A DNA stretch of 64,000 bases from Podarcis melisellensis (lineage: Eukaryota), in NCBI GenBank assembly GCA_964234715.1, contig OZ174280.1; one strand, written 5' to 3'. Shown here piece after piece: positions 1 through 33,698 of this stretch. How positions within the stretch are numbered: position 1 is the first letter of the stretch; each line of letters starts with the position of its first letter. Both the position numbers and the translations under genes were made by a program. Under the pieces are notes generated by a model, which did not search any database, was not told the DNA's origin, and saw only the letters and a program-made list of their open reading frames with translations.

Positions 1-320
1 CATTGTGATAGAACAGAAATTCATCTCAATCACCAGCCTGAGAAACTGGAGCAGGGAGGGCTGCAGGCAAACATTGACATCTTTCAAAGCAGACCCAAAC
101 CAACATTCCCTGCCTACCATCAAGGAATCAAATTTCTGCATGGCATGTGAAACAGCAATTAGCTGGTGCTAGCCTAAGTTAAACTGTGCTGCTGGATAGG
201 TACTGAATGGATTTTCTGTGCAATTCAGTTCTTTCTGGACAGTGTTTTAGGTCAAAAGCAAAGCTTTGGGGCAGGCTATGAGACACAGTACCTGACTCCT
301 ACATTGTTTCCTACATACAG

Positions 321-3300
321 AAGCTGGTACGTTACACTTGATGGAGTCCTTGCCAGCATATATTCAGCAAGCTGCTGCTGCCAAAGCCATTGGGTAAGAG
401 ATTAGGATGGGTTACTGGAAGCAGTTGCCAACACAGAGGCAAACTGTGAAGCACTCTTAGCCCAGTTTTGTGTAGGCCACAGATGCAAACTAGAAAACAC
501 CTCACTTATTGTGTGAAACAGCCACCAGTTCACAGTCCAGATTGACAAATTATATACACCCACTTCACCTGCTACTCAGATGGAGGCAGTAGGGCACTAG
601 GTTGGGCAGTGTTTTTATATATTTTTAATTGATGGTGTTAACTATATGTTTTAATCATACTATGATATCTACTTGCTGCATTTTGTTCCAAGAACCTCAA
701 AGTAGCAATTTTAGTCTCTTAACATAGCACACTGGCTAAGAGTGACTTGCATTGCCCAAGGCCAGCCAGTAACCAAGCATATCTATTTGAAACCCTCCCT
801 ACCCCCATCCAAACATTACTATAAAATGGCTTTCAGGGGTTGAAGTTGAATCCATGCCTTCTGCTTCTTGATGCAACATTAGACAGCCAGCATCACATCC
901 AGTCCCTTAAAACACATTCAGAACTAGAATACCTATATAATCCAACCACTATCCTCTTACCTTTCAGAGTTTATAACATGAGCTAGAATAGTCAGGTTAT
1001 CAATGGAGCTATACATAAAATATCCTCTGAATATACAGCTCCTCTCTAATCATTTTAGGGTTATCATCTTCAGCACTAGACAAAGTATTTGCTGCTTAGC
1101 CAAATTCATGTCACCATCCACCTTACTAGGCTTAGCACCATAACAACTCAATACAATAGATTTGCCCAGTCAGCTTATTTTCTTGGCAGCGTGTGCCTTT
1201 AACAACTGTTGCAGAAATCCAACAGTGCAACAGTTAGGAAAGCTGAACCTGTTGGATGTCTTCTATTACTATTGGATGTCTCACTGTCAACCAGCTGGCA
1301 CAGAACAACCTAGATCTCTCTAGCTTGTAAATTAGTGGGATGCTCCCTCTGCTCTTAAACCCCCTTCCCCCTCTCTTATCTGTTTATTGAAAACATTTTT
1401 ATCCCACTCTTCAAACACTCAACTTTGCAGAATTCTGGCCCAAGACTCCAGAGATGTGGCTGAGGAGCTGGTCTTCTTGAGAGTGGTGCATGGTCTCATG
1501 TGTGCCATGGGCAACAAAGATCACACTAACTGCCAGAGGCAGGCCAGCATTACCCTAGAGGCAAGTGACTTTGTTGAAAAGGAGGAAACTGGGCATAGAT
1601 GTGTATTGTCACTTTTTCAAAGCTCTCTAAGTGAAGGGGTTGTTTCGGTGGGTGGAATGGATGGATTGGATGAGATAAAAAGTTAGTCAGTGGATTAAGC
1701 ACTAAAGAATACAAAGATCAGACTATGACAGGAATAAGGCTTTCTTAGTATTTAACATGCATGGCTTGTAGATGTTGGAAGCATGGGAGCAGAAACTGCC
1801 TGTATATTTATGCCAAAATCTACAGAAGTGTTTTTAAACTGTTTCTAATGTATTTTAATGCCCTGGGATCTTAGGGTGAAGGACGGGTAATTAATAAATT
1901 AATACCACTAGAGAACTTTTAAAGTCTCAATTGTGCTGGGAAATTATGGTTGAGGCTAGAGCTTTGGAAAGGGATAACGGCAGCCCCCCACTAAAGATTC
2001 TGAGTGATGAAGACCAGAACAATAAATACTAATGAAACCTGGATAGTAAATATTAGATTGCAGAGTTTTATACTCCTGTAGCTTACAAAGAGCTGCATCC
2101 AACATTATACAGTCAAACATCGGATCCCGAACACCTGTGTTTTGGAATGCTTTGACTACTGAACGCCGAAAACCCAGAAGTAAATGTTCCGGTTTTCGAA
2201 CGTTTTTCAGAAGGCGGACATCCAACGCAGCTTCCGCTTGAGTGCAGAAAGGTCTTGCAACCAATCAGAAGCCGCACCTCGATTGTCAGACATTTCGGAA
2301 GCCAAACGTTCGACAACTGAGGTTTGACTGTACAAGCTAAGTTTCACTTGTGCAATGGAGTCCTGTTTCCTCACCTCTCTGCATTCAAAATTTGCTCCAG
2401 AGTATACCCAACCCTCTGGAGTCTGGAGAGTTTAAAGATGCATCATGGGCTGGAGAGGAGGGAGAAGTTATGTTAACTCAAGCAGAAGTGCTGCACAAAC
2501 AGAAAAGCAGAGTTGGATACAACCCAAGGATTACTCTTATTTTCCCTATGGATTAAATTCTGTTCCCTTGCAGCATTTTGTAAGGATGTTCATAGTGGTG
2601 GAGAATCAAACCCAGAGCGCCATGGGAGAAAAACTGTTTGAGCTCTTTATGGTATGTCTTGTCTATCCTCTGTACTAAGGTTATGGGACTCAGATATGAG
2701 ATGTTTTATTTGCCAAAAGCAACAGTGAGATTTAAGACAAAACACCTGAAATCCCAAACCACTTTTCTGAATTGTTTAGAAGTCTTCCCTCCACCCAGCA
2801 ACTATAGTAAGAATCACTATCTTCTGTGGCATAGCCAACGTTAGACAAGACCTTCAGTAACTGTTAAATTCAAATGAATGCTTTAAGAGAGCCAGAGTTC
2901 AGAAAGGGTAGTGGTATCTTCTTACTACTTCTGCCATTGTAAAAGCTGCTTTCTGTTTACCAGGTTTCTCTTATCCCCTTATCTTAAACCACTTAGAAAC
3001 CTATTTTAAGAGCATTAAGCAGTATTTAAATTAATAACAATCTTGAAGAGGAGGAACATAGAAAGTGGCACAGTAGAGGGAAAGCACAGCTCTAGACCTT
3101 TTTTCAGAATAAGGGCAAGAACATCACTGGCTTTTCCATTTCTAAGTAAACATATTCAACCATATTTTTCCATTTCTGTAAAAGTTGTTCTGAAAATTGG
3201 ATTGGCAGATTTTGAAAGAAATTAATTTGGGAAGCTTGCATATTTTAAAGTGTGGATTTACTAGTAAAGCTCATTCTAATACAGTCTCTGTCTTCATAGC

Positions 3301-6003
3301 TGCATATGATGGTTATAATAACCAACCACCTACAATTATTGAATGATGTTTTATACGAAGTCTCAAAACTATTTACAATAAATATTTTCTATTTTTCTAA
3401 ACATTAAAACACATGACATTAGTACAGCAGCACTAAAGTCCAGATTGAGCAACTGCAACAATATAATTAAAGCTGCCCCCTATGTCAAAGAATAAAAATG
3501 ATATTCCCTGGTGGCAAAATTATAATAAAATTGTCATCAGCTGTGCCTTTCTGGAGAGAGCATTTTAAAAAGATGGTGAACTATTACAGAGTAGGCCCAT
3601 TCATCTTCCTATTAAATTTTCCAAATATCCAATTTCAATCAAAAGCCAGGCAGCCATTAGTCCTTTAGCTAATTAAAATATTCCAAGAAGTTCACTGTTC
3701 AGATACAGTCATCCTAGCCTTTGAGTGAAGAGACATGTAGAGACAACTCCATTAGAGTGGCCCTTGTTTCAAGGAAGAGATGCCAATGAACCATCAGGAA
3801 TTTCCCTCCATTTATTTCCAGCCCTGAACCTTGGAAAGTTCCTGCTTTTCAATAAAGTGCCTGTCTTACCTTTCTTCCCTCTAGCAAGATGCTACAAACT
3901 TGTACCTGAATATGGATGCTGTGCAGGCTGTTATTCTGGCCACCAATATAGTCAATATTCCGGAATATATTTTGGCTCAGGCAAAAATGGATATTCCAGG
4001 TATGTTGGGCACAGTTGTGGACAAAATAACTTTGGAATATGTAGATACCTCCTTAATGCTAAAAAAAGGGGGGGAGGGAAGGGAAATAATAGGATGACAT
4101 ATTGTGCAGGCAGGTTGTGAATAAGTACAAAAATATGAAATGGGACAAGTTATTAGTTCACAACAGTATAAACAAGAAGGGTCTTATGTTAATTCAACAA
4201 ATCCAGAGGGGACAGAAATTACATATGAAATCTGTAGAGAGAAATGCTAGTTAGATAACAAGAAAAAAGTACTGTGTATACTCTTGAGAGTGATGTGCAT
4301 GTTGGCATGCAGCCCTTCTGAGGGCTGGCAAAGCCTCAATGTGGCTCTCAAGCAAAAAATGTTAGCCACCCCTGTATTATGCATTTATAATCTTTACGGC
4401 TTCACTTGTGCATACTGCATTTTATTTTATGGAAACTGCCATGTGAGGATGCTTAGCCTGGAGGCGGTTGGAGGATGGATGGTGGCTAATGGATTGAAGT
4501 TGAATCCTGACAAGACAGAATTACTGTTTTGGGGGGACAGGGGGCGGGCTGGTGTGGAGGACTCCCTGGTCCTGAATAGGGTAACTGTGCCCGTGAAGGA
4601 CCAGGTGCGCAGCCTGGGAGTCATTTTGGACTCACAGCTGTCCATGGAGGCGCAGGTCAATTCTGTATCCAGGGCAGCTGTCTACCAACTCCACCTGGTA
4701 CGCAGGCTGAGACCCTACCTGCCCGCGGACTGTCTCGTCAGAGTGGTACATGCTCTAGTTATCTCCCGCTTGGACTACTGCAATGTGCTCTACGTGGGGC
4801 TACCTTTGAAGGTGACTCGGAAACTACAACTAATCCAGAATGCGGCAGCTAGACTGGTGACGGGGGCGGCCACCAAGACCACATAACACCGGTCTTGAAA
4901 GACCTACATTGGCTCCCAGTACGTTTCTGAGCACAATTCAAAGTGCTGGTGTTGACCTTTTAAGCCCTAAACAGCCTCAGCCCAGTATACCTGAAGGAGC
5001 GTCTCCAGCCCCATCGTTCTGCCCGGACGCTGAGGTCCAGCGCCGAGGGCCTTCTGGCAGTTCCCTCATTGCGAGAAGCAAAGCTACAGGGAACCAGGCA
5101 GAGGGCCTTCTCGGTAGTGGCGCCCGCCCTGTGGAACGCCCTCCCATCAGATGTCAAAGCGATAAACAACTACCTGACATTCAGAAGACATCTTAAGGCA
5201 GCCCTGTTCAGGGAAGTTTTTAATGTGTGATATTTTAGTGTTTTTTGGTTTCTATGGAAGCCGCCCAGAGTGGCTGGGGAAACCCAGCCAGATGGGCGGG
5301 GTACAAATAATAAATAGAATAGATAGATAGATAAAAGGCAGCTTACCAGTACTTTAAGTAAATACAGTGGTACCTTGGGTTACAAATGCTTCAGGTTACA
5401 AACACTTTGGGTTACAAACTCCACTAACCCGGTAGTAGTACCTCAGGTTGAGAACTTCGCCCCAGGATGAAAATGGAAATCACGCAGCGATGGTGCGGCA
5501 GCAGCGGGAGGCCCCATTAGCGAAAGAGCACCTCAGGTTAAGAACAGTTTCGGGTTAAGAACAGACCTCCAGAACGAAATAAGTTCGTAACCCGAGGTAC
5601 CACTGTATCTTGTTTGTATAACAGCACAGTGGTACCTTAGTTCCCGAACTCAATCCATTCTGGAAGTCCGTTCGACTTCCAAAACATTCAAAAACCAAGG
5701 CACGGCTTCTCATTGGCCCTGGAAACAATGCCGACAGCCAAAACAGATGTTCAGCTTCCAAAAAACATTTGCAAACCAGAACACTTACTTCCAGGTTTGC
5801 GGCATTTGGGAGCTGATTTGTTCATCAACTAAGTTTTTTGGGAACCAAGATACCACTGCATTTAAAAAATAAGCTACCATACTTGGTACTGAAGTAATGA
5901 ACTGAGTTATATTTCTTGAACTCTTTTTCCTCCCTCAGAGAGAAACTCAACTGCAGAAGATGAACAGGAACAGCCGTCTCAAATTAGAGAGTTGCTGTTT
6001 TAG
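321..6003 (+). CDS. ARMH1: Armadillo-like helical domain-containing protein 1 (C1orf228), 3' part only; last 5 coding exons
   Basis: Exons 321-393, 1431-1560, 2574-2651, 3885-3999 and 5939-6003 join in frame (intron phases 2,0,0,1): ...[143 protein letters not shown]. This matches the recalled human ARMH1 C-terminal region ([68 protein letters not shown]). ARMH1 neighbours KIF2C in human. Intron 1561-2573 is GC-AG. The last exon is less certain. The 5' part lies upstream of the window. Confidence 0.85.
2110..2330. mobile_element. Tc1/mariner (pogo/Tigger-like) MITE
   Basis: TIRs CAGTCAAACATCGG...CTGAGGTTTGACTG, flanked by TA on both sides (2108-2109, 2331-2332). CpG-rich interior, no ORF. 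Confidence 0.75.
4456..5335 (+). mobile_element. 5'-truncated L2 LINE (3' end of ORF2 plus tail)
   Basis: Encodes L2 ORF2 C-terminal motifs WMVANGLKLNPDKTE, VRSLGVILDSQL, ISRLDYCN and HITPVLKDLHWLP, with a frameshift and stops. Ends in GCCGCCCAGAG...GGGCGGGGTACAAATAATAAA and an (ATAG)n tail. Confidence 0.9.
5365..5605. mobile_element. Tc1/mariner-type MITE (TIR CAGTGGTACCTYGGGTTAC)
   Basis: Terminal inverted repeats with TA target duplication (5363-5364, 5606-5607). A second copy of the family is at 49632-49851. Confidence 0.8.
5627..5858. mobile_element. Tc1/mariner-type MITE (TIR CAGTGGTACCTTRGTTCCC)
   Basis: TIRs CAGTGGTACCTTAGTTCCC...GGGAACCAAGATACCACTG, flanked by CA on both sides. Interior resembles the reverse complement of the 2110-2330 element. 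Confidence 0.7.
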
Positions 6004-6355
6004 TTAGTGACCTCTCAATTGTCCTCATTTATTGGGCTGTTGTTCATTTTCATCTATTTTTTCCATGCATTCTGTTTCAGGCCCTACTACCCATCCCCAT
6101 GAGAAAAAGATGCAAAGCTCCAAGTGCCTTATGACAGGTGACTTTGAGTCCCTGTCCCCCCCCCCCTTTTCTCAAATCTGAAATCTACTTAGTTTGGTTA
6201 TCAACCACCAGACACATCAGTTGCTCTAATTGTTCTTCAACAGCTGCCTTTGCAACAACATAACCATAGACTAATTTGTGTCATACTTATGAAAATAAGG
6301 AATAATCCCTTGTACAGCCACTTTGAGTTCTGAGGAGGAGACAGGATATCTATGT

Positions 6356-6361
6356 AATAAA
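6356..6361 (+). terminator. Candidate poly(A) signal of ARMH1
   Basis: First AATAAA after the predicted stop at 6003 (overlapping AATAAATAAA). It lies inside a decayed L2-like 3' tail. Confidence 0.45.
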
Positions 6362-7509
6362 TAAAAACAGTACTGAACAACTAAATTTAAGTCTCTGTGA
6401 TCATACATACCAGACACAAGACTTCACTCCAATTTGCAGGTTCAACTGAAACTGAAATAAATGAACATACAGAAGATACATGGGCATCTGGTTAGCCATT
6501 GTGAGAACAGAATGCTTGGCCTTATCTGGCAGGCTGCTCTGCTCTTACACTGTGAACTCTAAATCCCCTTGCCAACTTATTTTTGTGCAGACAGACTGAA
6601 CCCTAATGTAGTAGAGCATCCAGAAGTCTACCATAAGACCAAATGTTCTTTTCTTCAGAAATATTATCAAAGGTAAAATATTTACAGTACATGATTTGCA
6701 AGCCAAAAGCAGAAACTGCCATTCTCTAGCAGCGCTACTGGGAAAGCAGCAATGGCTTCTCTAGCTATGCATTCAGCATATAAACACACCCTTGAATACT
6801 TCATAGCTTTACAGTTATATAAAGGGATTTTTGAAGTAATACAGCTCTTTAAGAGAAATTAAGGAGCAATCGTATGCTTAAGCCCATTGATTTCAGATAC
6901 AGTTAGTTTTGTATAGGATTTGGCTGCTCTTTTCCTGAAGTGTACTTTCGCACAATGGATAGTATGTATGCTTACAGATCAGGCCTATCTACTTCATAGA
7001 GATGGAGATAAAATGTTGAAACTTCATATCAGTTGTTTCCCAACTCCTAGCTCTCTTCTCTTGGAAAGCATGCTATGCCATTAGCATCTCCTTAGCCACT
7101 TTGTATGCCTTAGATCTTAGGAAACAATTAACACTTGCATGCAGTAATGGCACCCTAAATTCACTTTATAATTGGCAATGCCAGTAGACAAAATTAGCAG
7201 CATCCTTCCCATCTTTTTGAAAGCTACACTGATACATCCATGCATATATCAGACTTTTCCTCATAGGGTGTAAGCACATATATAAATAAACATAAACACA
7301 CACACTTGTTTAACACTTTCGGGAAGGTTACTGAAGCATACCCACACACTACTGGCTCTTGAGCAGTCCAAATAGTTAAACTTCACAGTTACAATGAAAT
7401 GGCCCAAACAGTTGACACTTTTTGCCATTCTACTGATAAAATGCAAAAACTCAGAAAGGCAGAAGTTAATTTCCATTTCAGAACAGACTGACACTATAAT
7501 TGATTTTAT

Positions 7510-7580
7510 TCTGTGAATCGCCCTGAGACCTCTGGGTATAGGGCGGTATATAAATTCAATAAATAAATAAATAAATAAAT
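7510..7580 (+). mobile_element. Short L2 3'-end fragment with (AATA)n tail
   Basis: CTGTGAATCGCCCTGAGACC...GGGCGGTATATAAAT followed by (AATA)n, the typical L2 terminus. Confidence 0.6.
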
Positions 7581-8084
7581 GTAAAGTTTTTTGTATACTT
7601 TTTTCAAAATAATAGCCATTAGAGATCATTTTCTTTTAAGCACATGATTAATGCATAAAGCCAGTTGCTTAACACTGACAAGATTTCAATACCAGTATTT
7701 GACTAGTTTCAGGAGTCATAAACGGAATTCTTGCCTCTACATGAATGAAGACTATCACAGTCCAACACATTGACTTAAATAGATATGATTATGGTCATTG
7801 TCCATTTGCAACATTTATAACAGGAACAGCCAGGAGCTGCATACTCTCAGGTCTGCGTGAGAAAATACCCAGACCTCCCAGGGACTAATAACATTTGGTA
7901 CTATATGGGCCTAAGTTGTTAAGCTGCACACATGAGGGTAGTGTTCCCCTCCACGAAGCCTTTGAAGAGCAGCAGTTGAAATAGCCACAGTAGCTAAGGA
8001 GTGGAGTCCTTTCTATCCAAGTTGGCTACCTTGGTCTTGTCAGGCAGAGCGGCTGGGTATAAATATTTTAAATAAATCCACAAT

Positions 8085-10320
8085 GTTTTAAAAACTTTTA
8101 TTTATGCAGTTTTAACAGCCTTTATACACACATTGCACAGTATCCATCACTTATCTCTTTTCCCGACTTCCCAATCCATCTCTCTTGCAGGTTAAATTGT
8201 ATATTTAACCTACTTGTAGATTAAATTGTATATTGTACCCTCTAAGATAATCTCCAAAATACCTCCACTCTACTCTTCTCTTTAACTCTTTAACTTTATA
8301 AGTGGCCCATTAGTCCATATTCAACCTTTTCGCTGAGACCACCTCAGTTGGGGATATCCATCTTGGGGGTTTTCTCTCTAAGAGATCTTTGTGTCGCTGC
8401 CAAACCGTGTACATACTTCTTATGACATGGTTTTGGAAACCTTTGTGCAGCCTTGATTTGTCATAATGCAGATATGCATGCCATTCAAAGTGTAGATCAA
8501 AACCTTCTAGGTCTAAAATGTTGGTATCTCTTAGCTCCATCTATTCTTTCATCCAACAGAGACACGCTGCCTCATAATAAAATCTAAGGTCTGGAAGGGC
8601 AAAGTCCCTTCTTTCTCATATATCTGTCAGATTTTTATATTTAATTCGGGTTTCCCCACTACCAAATGAAGTTTGTCACGTCCTTCTTTCACATTTTAAA
8701 ACAGTTTGGGCTATTACCATGAGTGTTTGAAATAAGATCATCTTGGGCAAAACATTCATTTTGACTGCGGATATTCTTCCTAACAAAGAAAGGTTCAGTC
8801 TAGTCCATTTTTCTAGATTCTTTTTATATCATTCCAGATTTTAACATAGTTATCCTGAAAAAGGTTTAAATTCTTAGCTGATATCCATATCCCCAAATAT
8901 TTTTCTGTTTTAATTCCCATAATATTCTCAAGTCTTTCTTTTGCCTGTAAGTCTAAATTTTTTACTATCATTTTTGTTTTTTCCCTTATTTATATAGAAT
9001 CCTGCCAATTTGCCAAATTTTGTTATAGTTTCTATTGCTCTTGGGACGCTTTCCACCGAATTTTCCAACATCAACACGTCGTCTGCAAAGGCTTTTACTT
9101 TGTATTCTCTCTGCCCAACCTTAATTCCTGTTATTTCATCATTTTTCGTATTTCTCTAGTTAACACTTCTAATACGTATTAGGATAAACAACAGTGGCAA
9201 CAGGGGGCATCCCTGCCTTGTCCCCTTCTTGATGCTACTTTTTTCTGTGACATTACTATTTATTATTAAGCTCGCCTATTGCTCTGTGTATACTGCATTT
9301 ATCCCATTAGAGAATATGGCATTCAGAACAGTATTCTGCACTAATTTCTTCAGGAAGACCCAGAACACATTGTCAAAGGCCTTTTCAGCATATAAAAATA
9401 TTAGTGCTGCTTCTTTTTCATTTCTTTTTTCCAAGTATTTGATCACATTTCTAGTATTATTCCTTGGTAAAAAAAACCTCACGAATAGGTGATTCTAGGA
9501 CCACCATTAGCTTTTTTGCCATTATTGCAGTGTACAACTTATAATAATTGTTCAGGAAGGAGATCAGCCTGTAGTTCTTGGGTTGGAGTATATCCTGATC
9601 TTGTTTGGGGATTAAAGTAATGTAAACATTCTTCTACAATGTTGGTATTGTTCTCCCTTGTAAACTTTCATTCATAAGATCTTTAAGGGGCGTGGTAATG
9701 TTTCTCTTAATGTTTTATAATATGCGACTGAAAGTCCATCCAGACCAGGAGGTTTGCCAGACTTTGCCTGCTTGATGGGGGCATTCAGACTATCTACTTG
9801 GTCCTTTGTTAGCTGTGGTAGATAACATTTTTGCAAACATTCTTCTATGTCTTTCTCACTCTCCTTTCCAAGTCGAGTAGTATCTTAAAACTTCTTTTCT
9901 GAATTCTTTTTGGTTATATATCCTCTCCCCTACCATTATCTTGCTTATTATATTGGGGGTTTTACTTTCCCAGCTTATTGGCAAACTCAAATTGTTTTTG
10001 TTTTAAAGCTTTTTAGTCGTTGCTCTATTTCATTCTGTGTGATCATGGCAAATTGCGTTTGTTGTATTTTCAGTTTCTGAATACAAACTTGATATTTTCA
10101 TAACACACCATTTCCTTCAAAATTCTTTTTCTTCCTCTTTTCTTTCTATAAATTGGATTACCAGCACGTCACATCCTGATCCATTACTGGAGTTCCTTAG
10201 TTGTTTTATCGTTTTCTGTCAACACCACCGCATTAAGTCCTCTAATATTATTATCTCATTATATCTTTCAAATAATTTGCCTTCCAGCTCTCTTCAGAAC
10301 TCCAGTATTTTTTTTCCCAT
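8085..10320 (-). mobile_element. Degenerate L1/Tx1-clade LINE, ORF2 reverse-transcriptase region
   Basis: Minus-strand fragments translate to RT motifs in the expected order: [81 protein letters not shown]. Many stops and frameshifts; boundaries approximate. Confidence 0.8.
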
Positions 10321-11263
10321 TTAGCTAGCCTACAAGGTGATTAGCTCCACTTTCTACACATACCTGTGTTTGTAATTTTTTTTTAAACCACCTGGAAAAA
10401 GGTCAGATTAATTCAATCTTGTCCTCTTCCAGTTGTTCCATTAGCAAAAATGGTAGAGTCCAGAAGTTTTGACTAGCGTTGACCACCCACATTTTTCCAG
10501 AACCCCTGATCATTTATCATAAATAGGGACCATCTTTCCTTAAAGTTCAACCAAATAGAAACAACCTTGGTTGTCATCACAACCTAGCTGGACTAGGATT
10601 GCCTAATGTGTTCAAGTTACAGTCCTAAACATTCTTTCCATGCTCCTATAAATATTTAAGGGCGGGGGGCAAAGATCCACCAAGTTCAATAGACTTCCTC
10701 TGGTAAGTATACTAGTAAGTACAATTGCTGCCTTCCTCTGAAACAAAACCAGTTGAAAACCAAGATAAAAGGCCAGATTCAGCTAAATAGTTGTGCTAGT
10801 GCAACAAGTCATGTTAATAGGAAGATGGGAAACTGGTCTACCTGGCAAGCAGAAATGTTTGCAATGACTGAACAAACATAACAGCACAATGCTGAACTCC
10901 TCCCATAGTATTTCTAAGTAAAATATGTTTATAACCAGTCTTACCGACAAATCTCAAATTCTCTTTTAGATGTAATAGATAAGGTTGAAAGTAAGCAAGC
11001 TGTCCTTACCAAGTTGTTGCTCTCCAAGCCAGATGTGCATACAAATCCAACATATACAAGTGGCCTCCAAGAACAGCAGAAGACCTGCAGAACACACTTC
11101 AAACCCCTCACAATACAGGACTTGATGCATTCAGAAATATTTATTTATAAACTGCTTCAATTACTGATTATTTATATTTAAAAAAGTCTCAAACAGCAAA
11201 ACCAGTTCAAGATTCACTGGATTGCATTCAATGTTAACATTTCAAAAGTATTTAGTGAAATAC

Positions 11264-11269
11264 TTTATT
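11264..11269 (-). terminator. Poly(A) signal of KIF2C
   Basis: AATAAA on the minus strand about 275 nt after the stop codon, preceded by UGUA motifs and followed by T-rich sequence. Confidence 0.65.
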
Positions 11270-11543
11270 TACACTAGAAAAATGTACAAGCTTACCAAGA
11301 GACACCAAAACAACTCTTCTTCTTAGCCTTCAGTTGTGAAGAGGAGCAATGGTCCCAGAAACATCACATTCTGGCAGAGTACTTTCCTTTGCCGGCATAA
11401 AGGATAGCACCCTCTCCCCAAAACAGGGAACCCTCAAACAAGATAGGATGAACCTTCTGCTAGCATTTTAAATACAGTTAACAGCAAACCAAAGAAATGA
11501 CAGACAAATAGAGAGGGAAGAAATTCATTTAACAAGTGGGTAA

Positions 11544-32771
<21,228 letters not shown>

Positions 32772-33676
32772 AGTACTGGAAAAGTCTGGTTCTCTAGCGT
32801 CAGCAAAAAAAAGGAGCACCTCTCACTTCACAGACCGGTATCGAAAAGAAGCAGCGAATCAACTGCCGCCGTTTTGAACGGGGCGCGCCGCAAAGCCTGC
32901 CGGGAAGCTGCGTCTGTCAGGTGACGTAAATGCCTACAAAAAACTACATCTACCAGGACGACTTGCGGCGCCCGCCCCCTAATTGTTTCCCCATGTTTTC
33001 TGGAGATTTACACTTCCGAAAATGACGTGCAAGTTAATGACATGGAGCCTACCCGGAGGAGCGTTCTAAGGGGGAAATGGCCTCTCTTGTGATGGAGAAG
33101 CAGCTATATAGGTAGACGAATGACGGGGTCTTTTAGTGCAGATTAATTGGTATCTCGTAATTTTTAACTTTTCCGTTTTCAACCTTTTTTTGCGTTTTGC
33201 CCGATTCATTTATTTTTGCCTTTTGGTATACGACTTTTCCTTTTTTGAATCTATGGGAATCTCGTGACGATTGCCAAAATTTAATATTATGCACATATCG
33301 TATTCATGGCATTTTATCCCGCTCTTCCTTCAAGCTCAGGCACCCCGCCACCCGTTTTTATTCCCTTTACACCCTTATAAGATGGGCTGCCTAAGAGACA
33401 CAAGCCCAAGGGTCAAGCGAGGGAGTTTTGTGGCGGAGGGGGCATTTGCACAGGGTTCCCCAGGTCCGATGGGCTAGCGATCAGAACGCTACATTTCCGG
33501 CAATTCTTCATTCATTGATATACAATAAATCATAATTACGGTAACTTAAACAGATTTTTAAAATTCTTGCTTCCGACTAAACACGCATATGACCGCGCTA
33601 AGGATCGGCATTAAAAGAAACTAAAAGCTTCATGCTTTATGCCTGTTGGTTTTTGTGAAGTTAGTAACCATTCAAA

Positions 33677-33688
33677 TCTATTTTTAAC
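33677..33688 (-). terminator. snRNA 3' box
   Basis: GTTAAAAATAGA, 10 nt downstream of the U5 3' end; matches the vertebrate GTTTN0-3AAARNNAGA consensus. Confidence 0.8.
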
Positions 33689-33698
33689 AGGAAAGAAG

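Noticed and set aside
3725-4120. 131-aa Cys/Gly/Tyr-rich ORF that resembles a keratin-associated or toxin-like peptide
   Set aside because: It is an alternative frame over ARMH1 exon 3885-3999 plus intron and starts at GTG; the other frame matches ARMH1.
4284-4886. Longest ORF in the track (200 aa)
   Set aside because: Decayed L2 ORF2 fused to random upstream sequence; not a host gene.
6400-11200. Possible RPS8 exons or its intronic C/D snoRNAs, since RPS8 follows KIF2C in human
   Set aside because: No RPS8 peptide or convincing box C/D structure seen; the region is L1 and L2 debris.
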